Positions 19,050-29,531 are shown, numbered from the stretch's first letter. The stretch: 64,000 bases of DNA from Corallochytrium limacisporum Hawaii (GCA_002811645.1 PDIP01000026.1:124001-188000); one strand, 5' to 3'. The notes: generated from the letters alone by a model not told the origin. Program-made: numbers and translations.

Positions 19050-20684
19050 ATGTATAAGCCTTCAGAACCTAAGGGTCCTGTGATCATTAAGCAGCACATA
19101 CATGTTGCCATTGAAGAACAACGTGCTCACGTGCGCAAGGAACAAGAGTTCGTAAGAAGACGACAGCAGCGAGAGCTGCAGCAGCAAAGGGAGGAGGAGG
19201 AAGCTGGGATCCAAAGACATATTGAGCAGAAAAGGCCCAATCTTCCAGGCTGCGGCGCCCAACCCCCGGACACAAAATATCGCTTAGTTCACAGGTCAAG
19301 TAGCCACAAATCAACACAGCAACGCAAATGTATAGACGGCGATCAACGCTATCAAATCCTGGACGAGATCGGAGATGGTGCGTTTGGGAAAGTGTTCAAG
19401 GTCAGGTATGACCCGAAAGATGGTCACCCTCCAGATATTGTCGCGGTCAAGAAAATTAACGTAGCCTCTATGACGCGAGAGGAGAGGTCCAGAGTTCTCT
19501 TGGAGGGCAAAATTTTGTCGGTGATGAAACATCCCTTCATAATTCGATTTCGAAGCATGTTCTACAGCCAGGACAAACAGAGCTTGTATCTCTGCATGGA
19601 GTTAGCTCCCGGGGGAGATATATGGTCAGCGATCCGCCAACGACGACGAGAGCTCCGCGCAGGCAAGGAGACTTACTTCGATGAGGGGCATGTCAAGCAA
19701 TGGATGATTCAATTGGGCTTGGGGCTTGAATTCGTGCATTCGCTCAAAGTGCTTCATCGTGATATCAAGACACAAAATGTTTTTATCAACTCCAAAGGGA
19801 TAGCGAAGATTGGCGACTTTGGCATTTCCACCGTCCTGTCAAATACGAAAGATCTTGCTTGCACGGTTGTTGGCACTCCATACTATCTTTCGCCTGAGCT
19901 CTGCGAGAGAAAGTCTTACAGCTTTGCTACTGATATTTGGTCCATGGGTTGTGTTTTCTATGAAATGATGAGCCTCAAACATGCGTTCTCAGCGCGGGAC
20001 ATTAAGCATCTCTTGGTTCAGATCCTCACGGGAAAGTATCCACCATTGCCCCATTTCTACAGTCGTCAACTGCGTGAAGTGGTCTATTCCATGCTGGCCA
20101 TGGATCAAGCAGAGCGACCAAGCATCCGGGCTGTTTGTAAGCGACTGGTGCTCAGAACAGAGCTGCTGGCCAATATAACCTCACAAAAGCAGCACCAGAG
20201 AATCATGCAGACCCCAGACGATGGCAAGGCCAATCCAAAATATACTCCTGACGATCGCGAGCTTGTCGGGGAAAGACTCCGGAAACCAAGTTACCAACCA
20301 AAAGAACCGCAAGACCTTGACATAAGTGAACCGGACAATGTCCAAAGGGCATTCCTAGACCAGAAGCTGCCTGAAGACATTGTGGACTTGCTTGAAATGG
20401 TGTGCACCAAGATGGGACAGAAAAGCCCATCGGATGCTACCGTCGGGCCTGGTAGTCTTTTCGGTCACATTGAAAACATCAGATTGTTACTGGAACGTCG
20501 CATTGGCATGTACAACATGATGTATCGATACAAAGCTCTTTCGCAAGGTCACATACAAGAGTGTGACAAATGGTATCCTTCGCACCTGAGACCGTATGAC
20601 TTGCTTATTGTCCAGCTTATTAGATGCGAGCTGCGGCTATACTCAGGCTTCAACAGGAAAAAGATCATCATGCACGAGTACTAA
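19050..20684 (+). CDS. NEK: NIMA-related Ser/Thr kinase (NEK1/4/11-like)
   Basis: 544 aa. Intact GDGAFG, VAVKK, HRDIKTQNVF, DFG and GTPYYLSPELC. C-terminal SLFGHIENIRLLLERRIG resembles the NEK1-type tail domain. Confidence 0.9.
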   Translation: MYKPSEPKGPVIIKQHIHVAIEEQRAHVRKEQEFVRRRQQRELQQQREEEEAGIQRHIEQKRPNLPGCGAQPPDTKYRLVHRSSSHKSTQQRKCIDGDQRYQILDEIGDGAFGKVFKVRYDPKDGHPPDIVAVKKINVASMTREERSRVLLEGKILSVMKHPFIIRFRSMFYSQDKQSLYLCMELAPGGDIWSAIRQRRRELRAGKETYFDEGHVKQWMIQLGLGLEFVHSLKVLHRDIKTQNVFINSKGIAKIGDFGISTVLSNTKDLACTVVGTPYYLSPELCERKSYSFATDIWSMGCVFYEMMSLKHAFSARDIKHLLVQILTGKYPPLPHFYSRQLREVVYSMLAMDQAERPSIRAVCKRLVLRTELLANITSQKQHQRIMQTPDDGKANPKYTPDDRELVGERLRKPSYQPKEPQDLDISEPDNVQRAFLDQKLPEDIVDLLEMVCTKMGQKSPSDATVGPGSLFGHIENIRLLLERRIGMYNMMYRYKALSQGHIQECDKWYPSHLRPYDLLIVQLIRCELRLYSGFNRKKIIMHEY

Positions 20685-20707
20685 ACCAGGTAACAATATG
20701 TCCTCCA

Positions 20708-22423
20708 TTAGTCTATTGTCGCGAGCAGAAACTCCGATGTGCTGTTGATAGGATCGAAGAACTCGTCCTCGATCATTTCCACTTCTGCATCTTTCTCCTC
20801 GAGATGTCGCAGCGTAGATCGAATGTTCATGGTTAAGAAGTCTTCACCAGTGAGATCCGGAGTAAGTGATCTCAGGAAGTTCTCCAAGCAAAGTTTCAAG
20901 CCCAGGTTGATAAAATAAGGACGACATTCTACCTGAACAGACATCTTTTGAAGCAAGACACAGAGCCTCTCTTTAACGCGCTTGGTATCAAAGGACATAT
21001 CGTTGATAATGTCCTTGATACTACTGAAGAAGATTTCTGACGCCACAGCACTAACCAATGACTTCAACCAAGGTCCATTGGGCGTCAACAGCAGAAGGAC
21101 CTCGCATGCATGAGGAAGAACTTGCTTGTGTTGCTTTGTGTGAATCATTTCAATGACGATCTGATGGCCGCGGAGTGCAACAAACATTTGCTTCAATTCT
21201 GGATTGTCAAGGTACTGTACAAGGTTCTTGAGCGCAAAAATTTGCTGCTCCACTACGCTAGAGGTGATCAGAATTGCCACACTGGTGAGAACGACATTGC
21301 GCTCGGCCTCGCCCGTTGAATGTAATGTAGTATCCGAAATCTGGTACACATCATTGTTAAGGATCTGCGTATGTAGTAAATCAGCCAGCCGCCTTGATGT
21401 CGCCGGTAGCAGACGTGAACGGACATTGTCCTTCTCTGAATCGCCCGCACGACCTTCAAGTAGCAAGAGCGAAGAGATTGTAAATTGTAGGGGCATCTGG
21501 CAATCCAATTCAGGTACCTTCGCACTCAATCGCAGGAGCTCGACTACACCTGGGAGAACCTGGGCGGCATGTTTCTGATGGCCATGCATTTCTTCTTGCA
21601 TTTCCTGTGGTCCAATTACAGCCTCAAGCTCCATCTGAATATCATTCATCCACGCGCACATAGCAGAGAAGCTCTTCCCCAGTGCGATGACGGCTGCCTT
21701 AGAAGAGCAGGAGCTTCCGCACTTTGGGGCGGCCTGTTCCTCTTTCTCAGCTGTTGGAGCCGTCGTTGTACTCTGTTGTGAGATCTCTCTAGTAAGCGAC
21801 TCCAGTCTCCGGCTTTGCGATGAATTGAGATGTCGTAGAGCACGCACCTTAGAAGTGAGCTCCTCTTTTGCCCGCCTGAGCTGAGCAATCTCATCCTGCA
21901 AGTTCATATGGTTCTGTCTCATCTGCATATAGATTTCACGGGCCCGCTTTTCATCACGTGCCTGCTCGTTGGCTTTATCTTTGGCACGCGAGAGCTCCTT
22001 ATTGAGGGCATCGATTTCTCTATTCTTCTGACGCAAAAGACTGCTCTTTTCTGCCTCAGACTGGGCCCGCAATCGATCAGTCTTCCGCTTAACATCTTGC
22101 TCAATGGCCTCAATCCGTTCTTGGACTTGCTGAAGGTGCCCGCCAACAGATACGCCCGCTGTTTCAATGGCGGCTTCAAATTCCACTTCCCGGCGCTGTA
22201 CTTCCGCTTCCCGTACGGTCACCTTGTACAGCCGTTCCTCTAATTGACTCTTAAGTGCAAGAGTTTCATCTAAGGCAAGTGCCAGACGGTGCTGTGCAGC
22301 TTCTTCTTCTATCACATCACCGAGATCCTCGTATGCAAGGGGCTCCTGTCCCTCTGTGTCACTTTCGAGGTCGTCATTCCTAAGCATTCGACCCTCGTGT
22401 ACATGAACGCTGGCGGTTGCCAT
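20708..22423 (-). CDS. CCDC138: Coiled-coil domain-containing protein 138-like (centrosome/satellite-associated in animals)
   Basis: 571 aa. N-terminal coiled coil. C-terminal KERLCVLLQKMS...FLTMNIRSTLRHL resembles CCDC138 LEKLSIILQKLS...FLCINLNSTLFNL. Confidence 0.72.
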   Translation of the reverse strand: MATASVHVHEGRMLRNDDLESDTEGQEPLAYEDLGDVIEEEAAQHRLALALDETLALKSQLEERLYKVTVREAEVQRREVEFEAAIETAGVSVGGHLQQVQERIEAIEQDVKRKTDRLRAQSEAEKSSLLRQKNREIDALNKELSRAKDKANEQARDEKRAREIYMQMRQNHMNLQDEIAQLRRAKEELTSKVRALRHLNSSQSRRLESLTREISQQSTTTAPTAEKEEQAAPKCGSSCSSKAAVIALGKSFSAMCAWMNDIQMELEAVIGPQEMQEEMHGHQKHAAQVLPGVVELLRLSAKVPELDCQMPLQFTISSLLLLEGRAGDSEKDNVRSRLLPATSRRLADLLHTQILNNDVYQISDTTLHSTGEAERNVVLTSVAILITSSVVEQQIFALKNLVQYLDNPELKQMFVALRGHQIVIEMIHTKQHKQVLPHACEVLLLLTPNGPWLKSLVSAVASEIFFSSIKDIINDMSFDTKRVKERLCVLLQKMSVQVECRPYFINLGLKLCLENFLRSLTPDLTGEDFLTMNIRSTLRHLEEKDAEVEMIEDEFFDPINSTSEFLLATID

Positions 22424-23063
22424 TGCGCGAGGTTTATTTCCAACTCGTCTGCAACTATCGTCTTCTGATAACTACATCAGGTCGGAAATTTCCTCCGCCA
22501 TATCATTTTATCCTACCAAGTGCCACCCTAGGATCAGAGAGTGCGCCCTTCATGAGGTGGTCCGCCCTGCTCTCTTCTATACCTCGAGCGAAGTCACCAT
22601 CTGGCAGAGCCTGCCGAAGGGCTCTCAGCACTGGGCGAACGTACGGACGGGGGACAGTAGGGAAGTGGGTCCGCGTAGGAGTCACGGCCTGCCAGAACGT
22701 CATATTTTGGGCACTTGGAATTTGCAGGGTGGGGAATTCATTTGCGGGGTTCCGGTTTTGCATGGTTATATTTTTTGGCGCGCCATTTTCATTTCTCTGC
22801 GCGGTCGCCAGCCTCGCGGACCGGCCAGAGGTCGCTGGGTGTTGGGAGGGCGGGTTCGTTTCCCTACACGGGCTTTCCAAGGGTATTTGAGGGATCCTTT
22901 GCGTATGAGAATTTGAAGCCGGTGTGTAATATCTCTCAACCAGCCGACTTCGACGGCCTGCAGTAGTATGAATATCAACAGCTTTAATGAATAAATTCGA
23001 ATAACAGACACGAACTAATGATGTGATCACTGCCGGGAGGAAATGAACTAGTTTCCAACAAAG
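22424..23063. promoter_or_regulatory. Divergent promoter between CCDC138 and the giant coiled-coil gene, with E2F and CHR-like motifs
   Basis: TTTGGCGCGCCA at 22774-22785 and TTTGAA at 22912-22917. Confidence 0.45.
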
Positions 23064-26000
23064 ATGGCTGAAGGAGCGCGTACAATATCCTTCACGGAAG
23101 TCCGGCCGGGTCGGACGTATAGACGGCTCATTACTATCACAAACGAGTCACGGTCTCAAGAATTGAAGAATTTACGGGTTCTTGTGGCAAATGGCACTGA
23201 TCGACTGTTGCTGCGATCACCCGACCAGACCATCAGTACTGCGAACTCCAGTGAACCTATCAACGTAGATCCACTTAGAACTGTGACATTTTCAGTGGTT
23301 CTCAGGGAGCTGAATGACAATGACGTTGCGCTGTTGAAACAGTTGGGACCAAGACACCGGGATCTTTTACTTATTGAGGATGAGGAACACAAATTGCAGG
23401 AAGCGATATATGTCAATATTGCCGTTGCTGATAATCTTTCAAGCGTGTCCTCGGCGTCCGAGACCGCCTTTGGGGTGAAAGACCGGTCTGGTTCAACTGA
23501 GTTCCAAGCTGAAACGAACGACGAAATTTTGATTAACCTGTCGGCAGATCACGGTACGAGCATCGCTGGAGAAGGCGAAGGCACAGAACACGACCTCACT
23601 GAGTCGAATCCGATGAGTTCGTTGGAACCTACAGAACCAGGAAGAACAGGGAAACCGATTCTTGGACCCGGCAGGCAAGTACCGCGACTAGAAATTAGGT
23701 CGCCATTGACGGCTTCCATGGCGGCCAGCAAGGTGGCATCTCGGTCACATGTCTCTTCCGGATCACTGCAGGAGAAAGTGGCGGGCAAATCAGTGTCTTT
23801 GGAACCGAGGCCGGTACCAACCTTAGAGAGAACCCAAGGCGGTTCAGCTAGAATTCCACAGCCGACACTGCTCACATCTCCCCCAGCATTCATCCCGGGT
23901 ATTGATAAATATGCTGTGGATGAGACAAATGAGGATAACCGCCAGACGCAGGAGCAGATTGTCAATGAGCTGACTAGGACGAACCGAAGTTTGCTCAATC
24001 AAAACAGCCTTTTGGAGGAACAGCTTTCTGAAGTTCAAGGGCAGTTGAGAAGTCTTATTGAAGAACAAACGGAGGAAGGACGACAGCATTCTATTAATGG
24101 GCGATCTCTTGAAGAAACGAAAGCCCAGCTTTCCAGGTCCAGAGCTGAGGTACGAAAGCTACGGGAAGACGTGGATGATCTCAAGATTGAGTTACAAAAG
24201 ATGCGTAGTGTTGAAGAAAGCTTAGCAACACAAAAGGAAGCACTTATAGCGGATAATGAGAATCTGTCTCTTCAAGTTGTCCGATTGCGTAAGCAGAAGG
24301 CAGATGCAGAACTCCAGATCTCTACACTCCATGAGACCCAGAGAGAGCTTGAGAGAGCAAACACACGTATCGAGACTTTGAAGAAGGACAACACAGAGAT
24401 TGGCGCAACTGCCTCATCCACGCAGCTGAATTTGGAAGATGCCTTATCTGCATTGAAACAGCGAGATGCCCAAGTGGAGAGCCTTGGTCACATATTGAAC
24501 GAGGCTAGGTCCGCTGCGGCAGTTAATGAGCAGAAAATCAAAAATCTGAAGGCAAATTATATGATGCGCCTGAGATCAGAGCGTGCAGCAGTGGACAAGC
24601 TAGGATTGGAATTGAGTCATGCTCAACGGCGGGAACGTGAGCTACTGATGAAGCAACAAATTCATGAACTAGAGAACGCAGTGCCAACTGTGTCAAATCT
24701 CAGAGGTCCATCTGGTCAAGAACGATCAACACGGCCGCAGAGACATGTTGCAGTCAGTGTTCAACAAGACGCTCCTGAGATACCGTCTTTTGTAGTTGAC
24801 GATACGTCTTTCAGAACACCAGTATCGCCGTCGCGCGGGGATCAAGAGAATGCGACTTCAACCCCAATTAGACGATCAACTGAGAGGAGAACAGAAGACT
24901 CCGTTGTTGCCGAACCTGTTTTCCCAACCCATGAAGAGGAATCGAATACGGAGTCTTCGCATACTCAAAACTCAGTCCGGATCATGGATCTTGAAAGACA
25001 GGTGGCATCACTGGAGGCACAGCTTCAACAGGCGCGACGTGACGCATTACTACAGGTCACGGAACATAATGGTGAAATTCGGGGCATCAGAGAACACTTC
25101 GAGAAGACCAATCAGGCCATGCGTGAGGCCTTTTCACGTCAAATTAGTTCATGGCAGGCACGCCACTTTGATCAGAGTAGAATAGCAACAGCTCAAAAGA
25201 AGCAATTGGACGCGCTTGGACGATCCCTGCAGGTCACGCGAAACGATTTAGGCCACCTTCGCTCTCAGGTGTCAGAAGCTAATGCACAGAACAGTATCCT
25301 CTTCGACACGATGGAGACTCTGTCTGGATGCCGAACGACTGAAGAACGAGAGGCTGTGTTGCTGCGAAGCTTCCAGGCTGTCATGATTTCTGCAAAGAAT
25401 CTTGAAGATGTTGTGCAAAAGTTAGGTAGTCCGCATGATCAAGGTGAAGCTGCAGATATTGCCGAAACGCGGGTATTACCCGAGGAAAGCGAAGGCATGT
25501 CACAGGCTGTCCAGGAATATGAACGCGAGATTAAGGCCCTCAGAGAACAGCTCGAGGCTCAGGAAACAGCGAACCTTCACACATGTATCGAAAAGCTAGA
25601 TGTTGCTTTGAATGCTGATAGCCACATTGCGGAACTGAAGGCTCTTGAAGCTCGATGTGCTGCGCTTCAAAGCATGGTCAGTAAGAAAGACGAGGACTTC
25701 GATGCAAGCCTTGGTGAGGTGCATCAGCGATTTGCACATGATCTGAATACCATTCAGGTCAGCATTGAGAGTGTGCACAATGAAAGTGCACATAATATGG
25801 GTCAGGCCGGCCAGGCGGCCTTCAAGCAGATAGTGACACTTGTAACTTCCGTGCGCGATTCTCTAATGAGTGGAAAGCCTGACTCACGGAACGTACAAGT
25901 TCTCCTCAGTCGTGCACTGCAGTGTGCGCATAAGGGCGGTGCGTGGAGTTCGCGAGCCCAGCGAAGACTGTCCGGGGCCGAAGAGATCATCCGACAGGTT

Positions 26001-29000
26001 TGCCAAACTCTGGCAAGTCGTGAACAGACAGTTCTGCGGACCACTTCCCAGCTTCGTGCTGCAGAGCTCGAGTTGGCATGGCATCGTGACCAACGACCTT
26101 CGCTTCTGTTCTTGAGACGTGGAGAAGCCAACAAGGTGATCGATACAATGTTCGCCCAACGCGCCCGCGACAGAGACCTGATGAATGAGCAGCAGCGTAC
26201 TATTACTGCAATGCAACAACAATTGCGACAGATGGAGGATGGCAAAGGTCACATGGAGACCGCAACCAAAACATTGAAATCGAAATTCGAAGCAGTGAGC
26301 GAGGACATGTTGAATCGATTGGAAGAGTTGGCACAGGAGATTGCCCGAAAATGGGAACGAGAAGCTGCTCAAAGCTTGACACAAGAGACGCTTCAGAATT
26401 TGATAGAGAAGGATGATGAAAACGCCGGGGTGATTCGAGCTGATGCTACACTGCTTGCCCTCGCCACCTCTCGAGTGTCTGAGGCCATCCTCACCACTGG
26501 TAACACGTACCTGAAGGAATTGGTGCTCGACGCAAAATATCTTCTAAAGGACTGGCAAACTATTAACCGACAAACCCTGCCCCTTCGTCTAGATGACACA
26601 GCTGCCTCTGAGAGTTTGTCGCACGTCATCAACACAGACGTATTGCGTGCTTCTGAAGCCCACGAGCGCTCTGTTGCTCTTGAGATGCAAGCGCTGGACC
26701 AGGAGAAGGAACTTGCAGCAGTGCGACAAGAACTACAGGGATTACAATCACTACAGGAAGTGGTTCAGATACGAACAGGTGACAAGGAAGTGATCACCGA
26801 GCATCTATCAGAGTTCCTCAATGCAGATATCGCAGCCATGACCCGGGAAAGACGAGAGTTGCTGCACCGGGTGCAGCAGTATGAGATAGCGGAGAGTGAG
26901 ATGAAGGCAGCTCTTGCAGAGAACGATCGCAATCAGGAAGCGGCAACAACCCGTATTAGCTCATTGCAAACACAGCTGGCAAGAGCGACAAGTTCACTCG
27001 CTCTCGCTGAGGAGTCTCGTGTGGAAGTCGAGAAGAAATTCGAAGACATTCAAGCCGATGCCAATCGTGCTCGTTTGTACCAAGAGAAACTGGAGATTTC
27101 TGAGAGACGGGCGCGAGAACTGGACCTTTTGGTGGTGGATCTTCAGGAGCAACTTAAGAATGAAAAGGATGATCATTATCATCTTGCGCAAATTGCCGCA
27201 CAGTTGGAAGAGGCGAATGATCCCCAGCTGGGCATGGAGCCTGAGGCTGCGAGTGAGAGCGCGCGTCTGGTCCAGCTTCAACAGGAGCTTAAGCAGTCGC
27301 GAATGCGTGAGATTCATGTAAATTCACAGCTACAACGTGTGCTGGAGGACCTCAGTGATGCGAAAGTCAGTCCCGAACCTGGCAATAAGCCAGGTCGGCT
27401 GACTGATGATAAACAGATTTGCACAATTCAGACGCTCGAGAGCCAGATAGCCAGGCTCAGGGCAGAACTGGCCAATATGCGGCAATGGAAGGTACGAGCC
27501 CAGGAGTACCAAGCTCAGACCCGTGCCTCAATGCAAGAAGCTACTCGGACAGCTCAAAGACTCCGAGAGGCGGAACGTGATTACAATAGCAAGCTGCTGC
27601 AATGGCAAAGTTTATCTGAACACGTCGCCGATGTCTTCGCTCAGCAGTCAACCATTGAAGATCAGGATCACTATGACCGTATCGGACGCATCATTGACGA
27701 GCATAACCGAGGAGGTGTCCTTTTGCAGGAGCTAAATGTTCTCCCTGGAGCTCAGGCATCAGCTCACGTACCGCAGATGAAGGAAAATTTGGCAGAACTG
27801 GAAAGCAAAGTGCAGGATACCTTCTCCAAACTGACAGACATCATTCCCAACGGCTTGTACGACCAGTTGACTTCTTGCTTGTCCCGTGCCAAGTGGATCG
27901 GCGAGCGAGAACCTGGTGACCTTGCCCAGGATGACGAGCTCACCCTCTTTGCTCTTGCAAATCGCACGGCAATGCTCAAACTATACGCTGACACTGCGAA
28001 ACTGTGCTTGACGTCATTAGAGAAGAATCGGAGTTTGAGACATGTGCAGCAGGAAAACGTTAGCCCAAATCTTAAGCCAGGAAAAGCGCGCGGTAAAGGC
28101 AAAGGTAGATCTGGCTCAATGAAGCGGGCCGGCCTGGTCCGGGTGGATCGCACGCTACTCATTGATTTGCGAGCCACAATCTTGGTTCTCTTGCGCCTTG
28201 TGTATAGTCAAATGGCTGGAGCGCAGTCCATTCCCTTCGATGCCGCGCAGAAGGTGATACAGGAAGACCTCTACAGTATGCAAAAACTTCAACAGGACGC
28301 TACAAAGCAGCTAATGAGACGACCTCCGTCCCTGAGCACCTCAACATATTCCTTGTTCGGCAACCCTGCAGTTGCTCAACACCATGATGATACCGAGGTC
28401 AGAAGCGAACCACCAGCAGGTGGAGTCCAGCAGTCGGAGGCAGAGACCGAGGGCAGCATCAGGGAGATGGTTGACTGTGGTGTCCAAGTGGATTATCTCA
28501 GCGAACGAGAGAACGATCTGCTTCGGGACATTGAGGAACGAGATCAGAGGCTGGTCCAGGCCTCACGGTCCATCGAGGAATTACGCAACACTGCCACCGA
28601 GGCTGCAGATCAATCGGAAGCATTTCGCAGGCGCTTAGTTGCGGAGAAACAAGGCCGTGAGAATCTTGTTGCTCAGCTTTCAGATGCTCGTCGCTTACTC
28701 AAGGAGGCCCATGATAACAATACTGTCCTGGATTCCGAACTACATAAGGAATCAGAGCGTCGCAGAAGAGCCGTGCAGGACAGCAAGACCAAGGAAGAGC
28801 TCATTGGCCATCTTCGTCAAAAGCTGGCCAGTGTTGAAAAGCAGGTGAATCCTTTGAGGGATGATGTCAATGCGCTTGCAAAGCAGAACGAATCATTTCG
28901 AGTCGAACTGGAGCGTCGAGAGAAGAGCATGAAAGACATGCGGGCGCGTCTGGAGGTTCAGTCCTCACGAAAAACGGATGAAGAGGCCATAATCAAAGAT

Positions 29001-29531
29001 TTAGAGAACAAGTCTCACCGCATCCAGCAGCTCCTACTGCAAGTGGAGCAGGACGAGAAGGAAAAGAAGCAACTGCGGCTCCGGGTTAGAGATGAACAAG
29101 AAAGAGTTCGCAAGCTTCAGGAGGAGGCCGAGAACGTGGGATTCTATATTGCACCTCCACGGCAGCTCCTCTTCATGCTGCGCCAGTTTGGTAACACGAT
29201 TTTTGATGTTGCTGTACAGGGGATGAGGGAAAGGGGAGACACTACACTTTCTTCCGAGGTCACAGACGAGGGTCTGCAGCTTACAATGATGTCCATTGCT
29301 CACGATATGTTAGACATGGGAAGCATGGACTTTGCTACCTTCATGTCTTCTGATGAAGGTACGGAACACATGCAAGCGCTTGCCATGCAAGTGCCAGAGC
29401 TTGCCAGCCTGTACAACGTGATCCAGGAAGTCTTAGCACACGCCTTGCATCCGTCTGGGGACAGTTCTTTGCTGGACGCTTTCAAGGACCTCAACACTGT
29501 CATGCGGACCGCGCTCATGCCATCAGCCTGA
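23064..29531 (+). CDS. Giant coiled-coil protein with N-terminal Ig-like (ASH-like) domain; tentatively centlein-like
   Basis: 2155 aa, E/Q/L/R-rich heptads. N-terminal beta-rich ISFTEVRPGRTYRRLITITN resembles ASH/MSP domains. C-terminal SIAHDMLDMGSMDFATFMSSDE resembles the centlein tail as I recall it (SLAASILNISRSDLEEIL). The CDS is secure; the orthology is tentative. Confidence 0.7.
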   Translation: MAEGARTISFTEVRPGRTYRRLITITNESRSQELKNLRVLVANGTDRLLLRSPDQTISTANSSEPINVDPLRTVTFSVVLRELNDNDVALLKQLGPRHRDLLLIEDEEHKLQEAIYVNIAVADNLSSVSSASETAFGVKDRSGSTEFQAETNDEILINLSADHGTSIAGEGEGTEHDLTESNPMSSLEPTEPGRTGKPILGPGRQVPRLEIRSPLTASMAASKVASRSHVSSGSLQEKVAGKSVSLEPRPVPTLERTQGGSARIPQPTLLTSPPAFIPGIDKYAVDETNEDNRQTQEQIVNELTRTNRSLLNQNSLLEEQLSEVQGQLRSLIEEQTEEGRQHSINGRSLEETKAQLSRSRAEVRKLREDVDDLKIELQKMRSVEESLATQKEALIADNENLSLQVVRLRKQKADAELQISTLHETQRELERANTRIETLKKDNTEIGATASSTQLNLEDALSALKQRDAQVESLGHILNEARSAAAVNEQKIKNLKANYMMRLRSERAAVDKLGLELSHAQRRERELLMKQQIHELENAVPTVSNLRGPSGQERSTRPQRHVAVSVQQDAPEIPSFVVDDTSFRTPVSPSRGDQENATSTPIRRSTERRTEDSVVAEPVFPTHEEESNTESSHTQNSVRIMDLERQVASLEAQLQQARRDALLQVTEHNGEIRGIREHFEKTNQAMREAFSRQISSWQARHFDQSRIATAQKKQLDALGRSLQVTRNDLGHLRSQVSEANAQNSILFDTMETLSGCRTTEEREAVLLRSFQAVMISAKNLEDVVQKLGSPHDQGEAADIAETRVLPEESEGMSQAVQEYEREIKALREQLEAQETANLHTCIEKLDVALNADSHIAELKALEARCAALQSMVSKKDEDFDASLGEVHQRFAHDLNTIQVSIESVHNESAHNMGQAGQAAFKQIVTLVTSVRDSLMSGKPDSRNVQVLLSRALQCAHKGGAWSSRAQRRLSGAEEIIRQVCQTLASREQTVLRTTSQLRAAELELAWHRDQRPSLLFLRRGEANKVIDTMFAQRARDRDLMNEQQRTITAMQQQLRQMEDGKGHMETATKTLKSKFEAVSEDMLNRLEELAQEIARKWEREAAQSLTQETLQNLIEKDDENAGVIRADATLLALATSRVSEAILTTGNTYLKELVLDAKYLLKDWQTINRQTLPLRLDDTAASESLSHVINTDVLRASEAHERSVALEMQALDQEKELAAVRQELQGLQSLQEVVQIRTGDKEVITEHLSEFLNADIAAMTRERRELLHRVQQYEIAESEMKAALAENDRNQEAATTRISSLQTQLARATSSLALAEESRVEVEKKFEDIQADANRARLYQEKLEISERRARELDLLVVDLQEQLKNEKDDHYHLAQIAAQLEEANDPQLGMEPEAASESARLVQLQQELKQSRMREIHVNSQLQRVLEDLSDAKVSPEPGNKPGRLTDDKQICTIQTLESQIARLRAELANMRQWKVRAQEYQAQTRASMQEATRTAQRLREAERDYNSKLLQWQSLSEHVADVFAQQSTIEDQDHYDRIGRIIDEHNRGGVLLQELNVLPGAQASAHVPQMKENLAELESKVQDTFSKLTDIIPNGLYDQLTSCLSRAKWIGEREPGDLAQDDELTLFALANRTAMLKLYADTAKLCLTSLEKNRSLRHVQQENVSPNLKPGKARGKGKGRSGSMKRAGLVRVDRTLLIDLRATILVLLRLVYSQMAGAQSIPFDAAQKVIQEDLYSMQKLQQDATKQLMRRPPSLSTSTYSLFGNPAVAQHHDDTEVRSEPPAGGVQQSEAETEGSIREMVDCGVQVDYLSERENDLLRDIEERDQRLVQASRSIEELRNTATEAADQSEAFRRRLVAEKQGRENLVAQLSDARRLLKEAHDNNTVLDSELHKESERRRRAVQDSKTKEELIGHLRQKLASVEKQVNPLRDDVNALAKQNESFRVELERREKSMKDMRARLEVQSSRKTDEEAIIKDLENKSHRIQQLLLQVEQDEKEKKQLRLRVRDEQERVRKLQEEAENVGFYIAPPRQLLFMLRQFGNTIFDVAVQGMRERGDTTLSSEVTDEGLQLTMMSIAHDMLDMGSMDFATFMSSDEGTEHMQALAMQVPELASLYNVIQEVLAHALHPSGDSSLLDAFKDLNTVMRTALMPSA

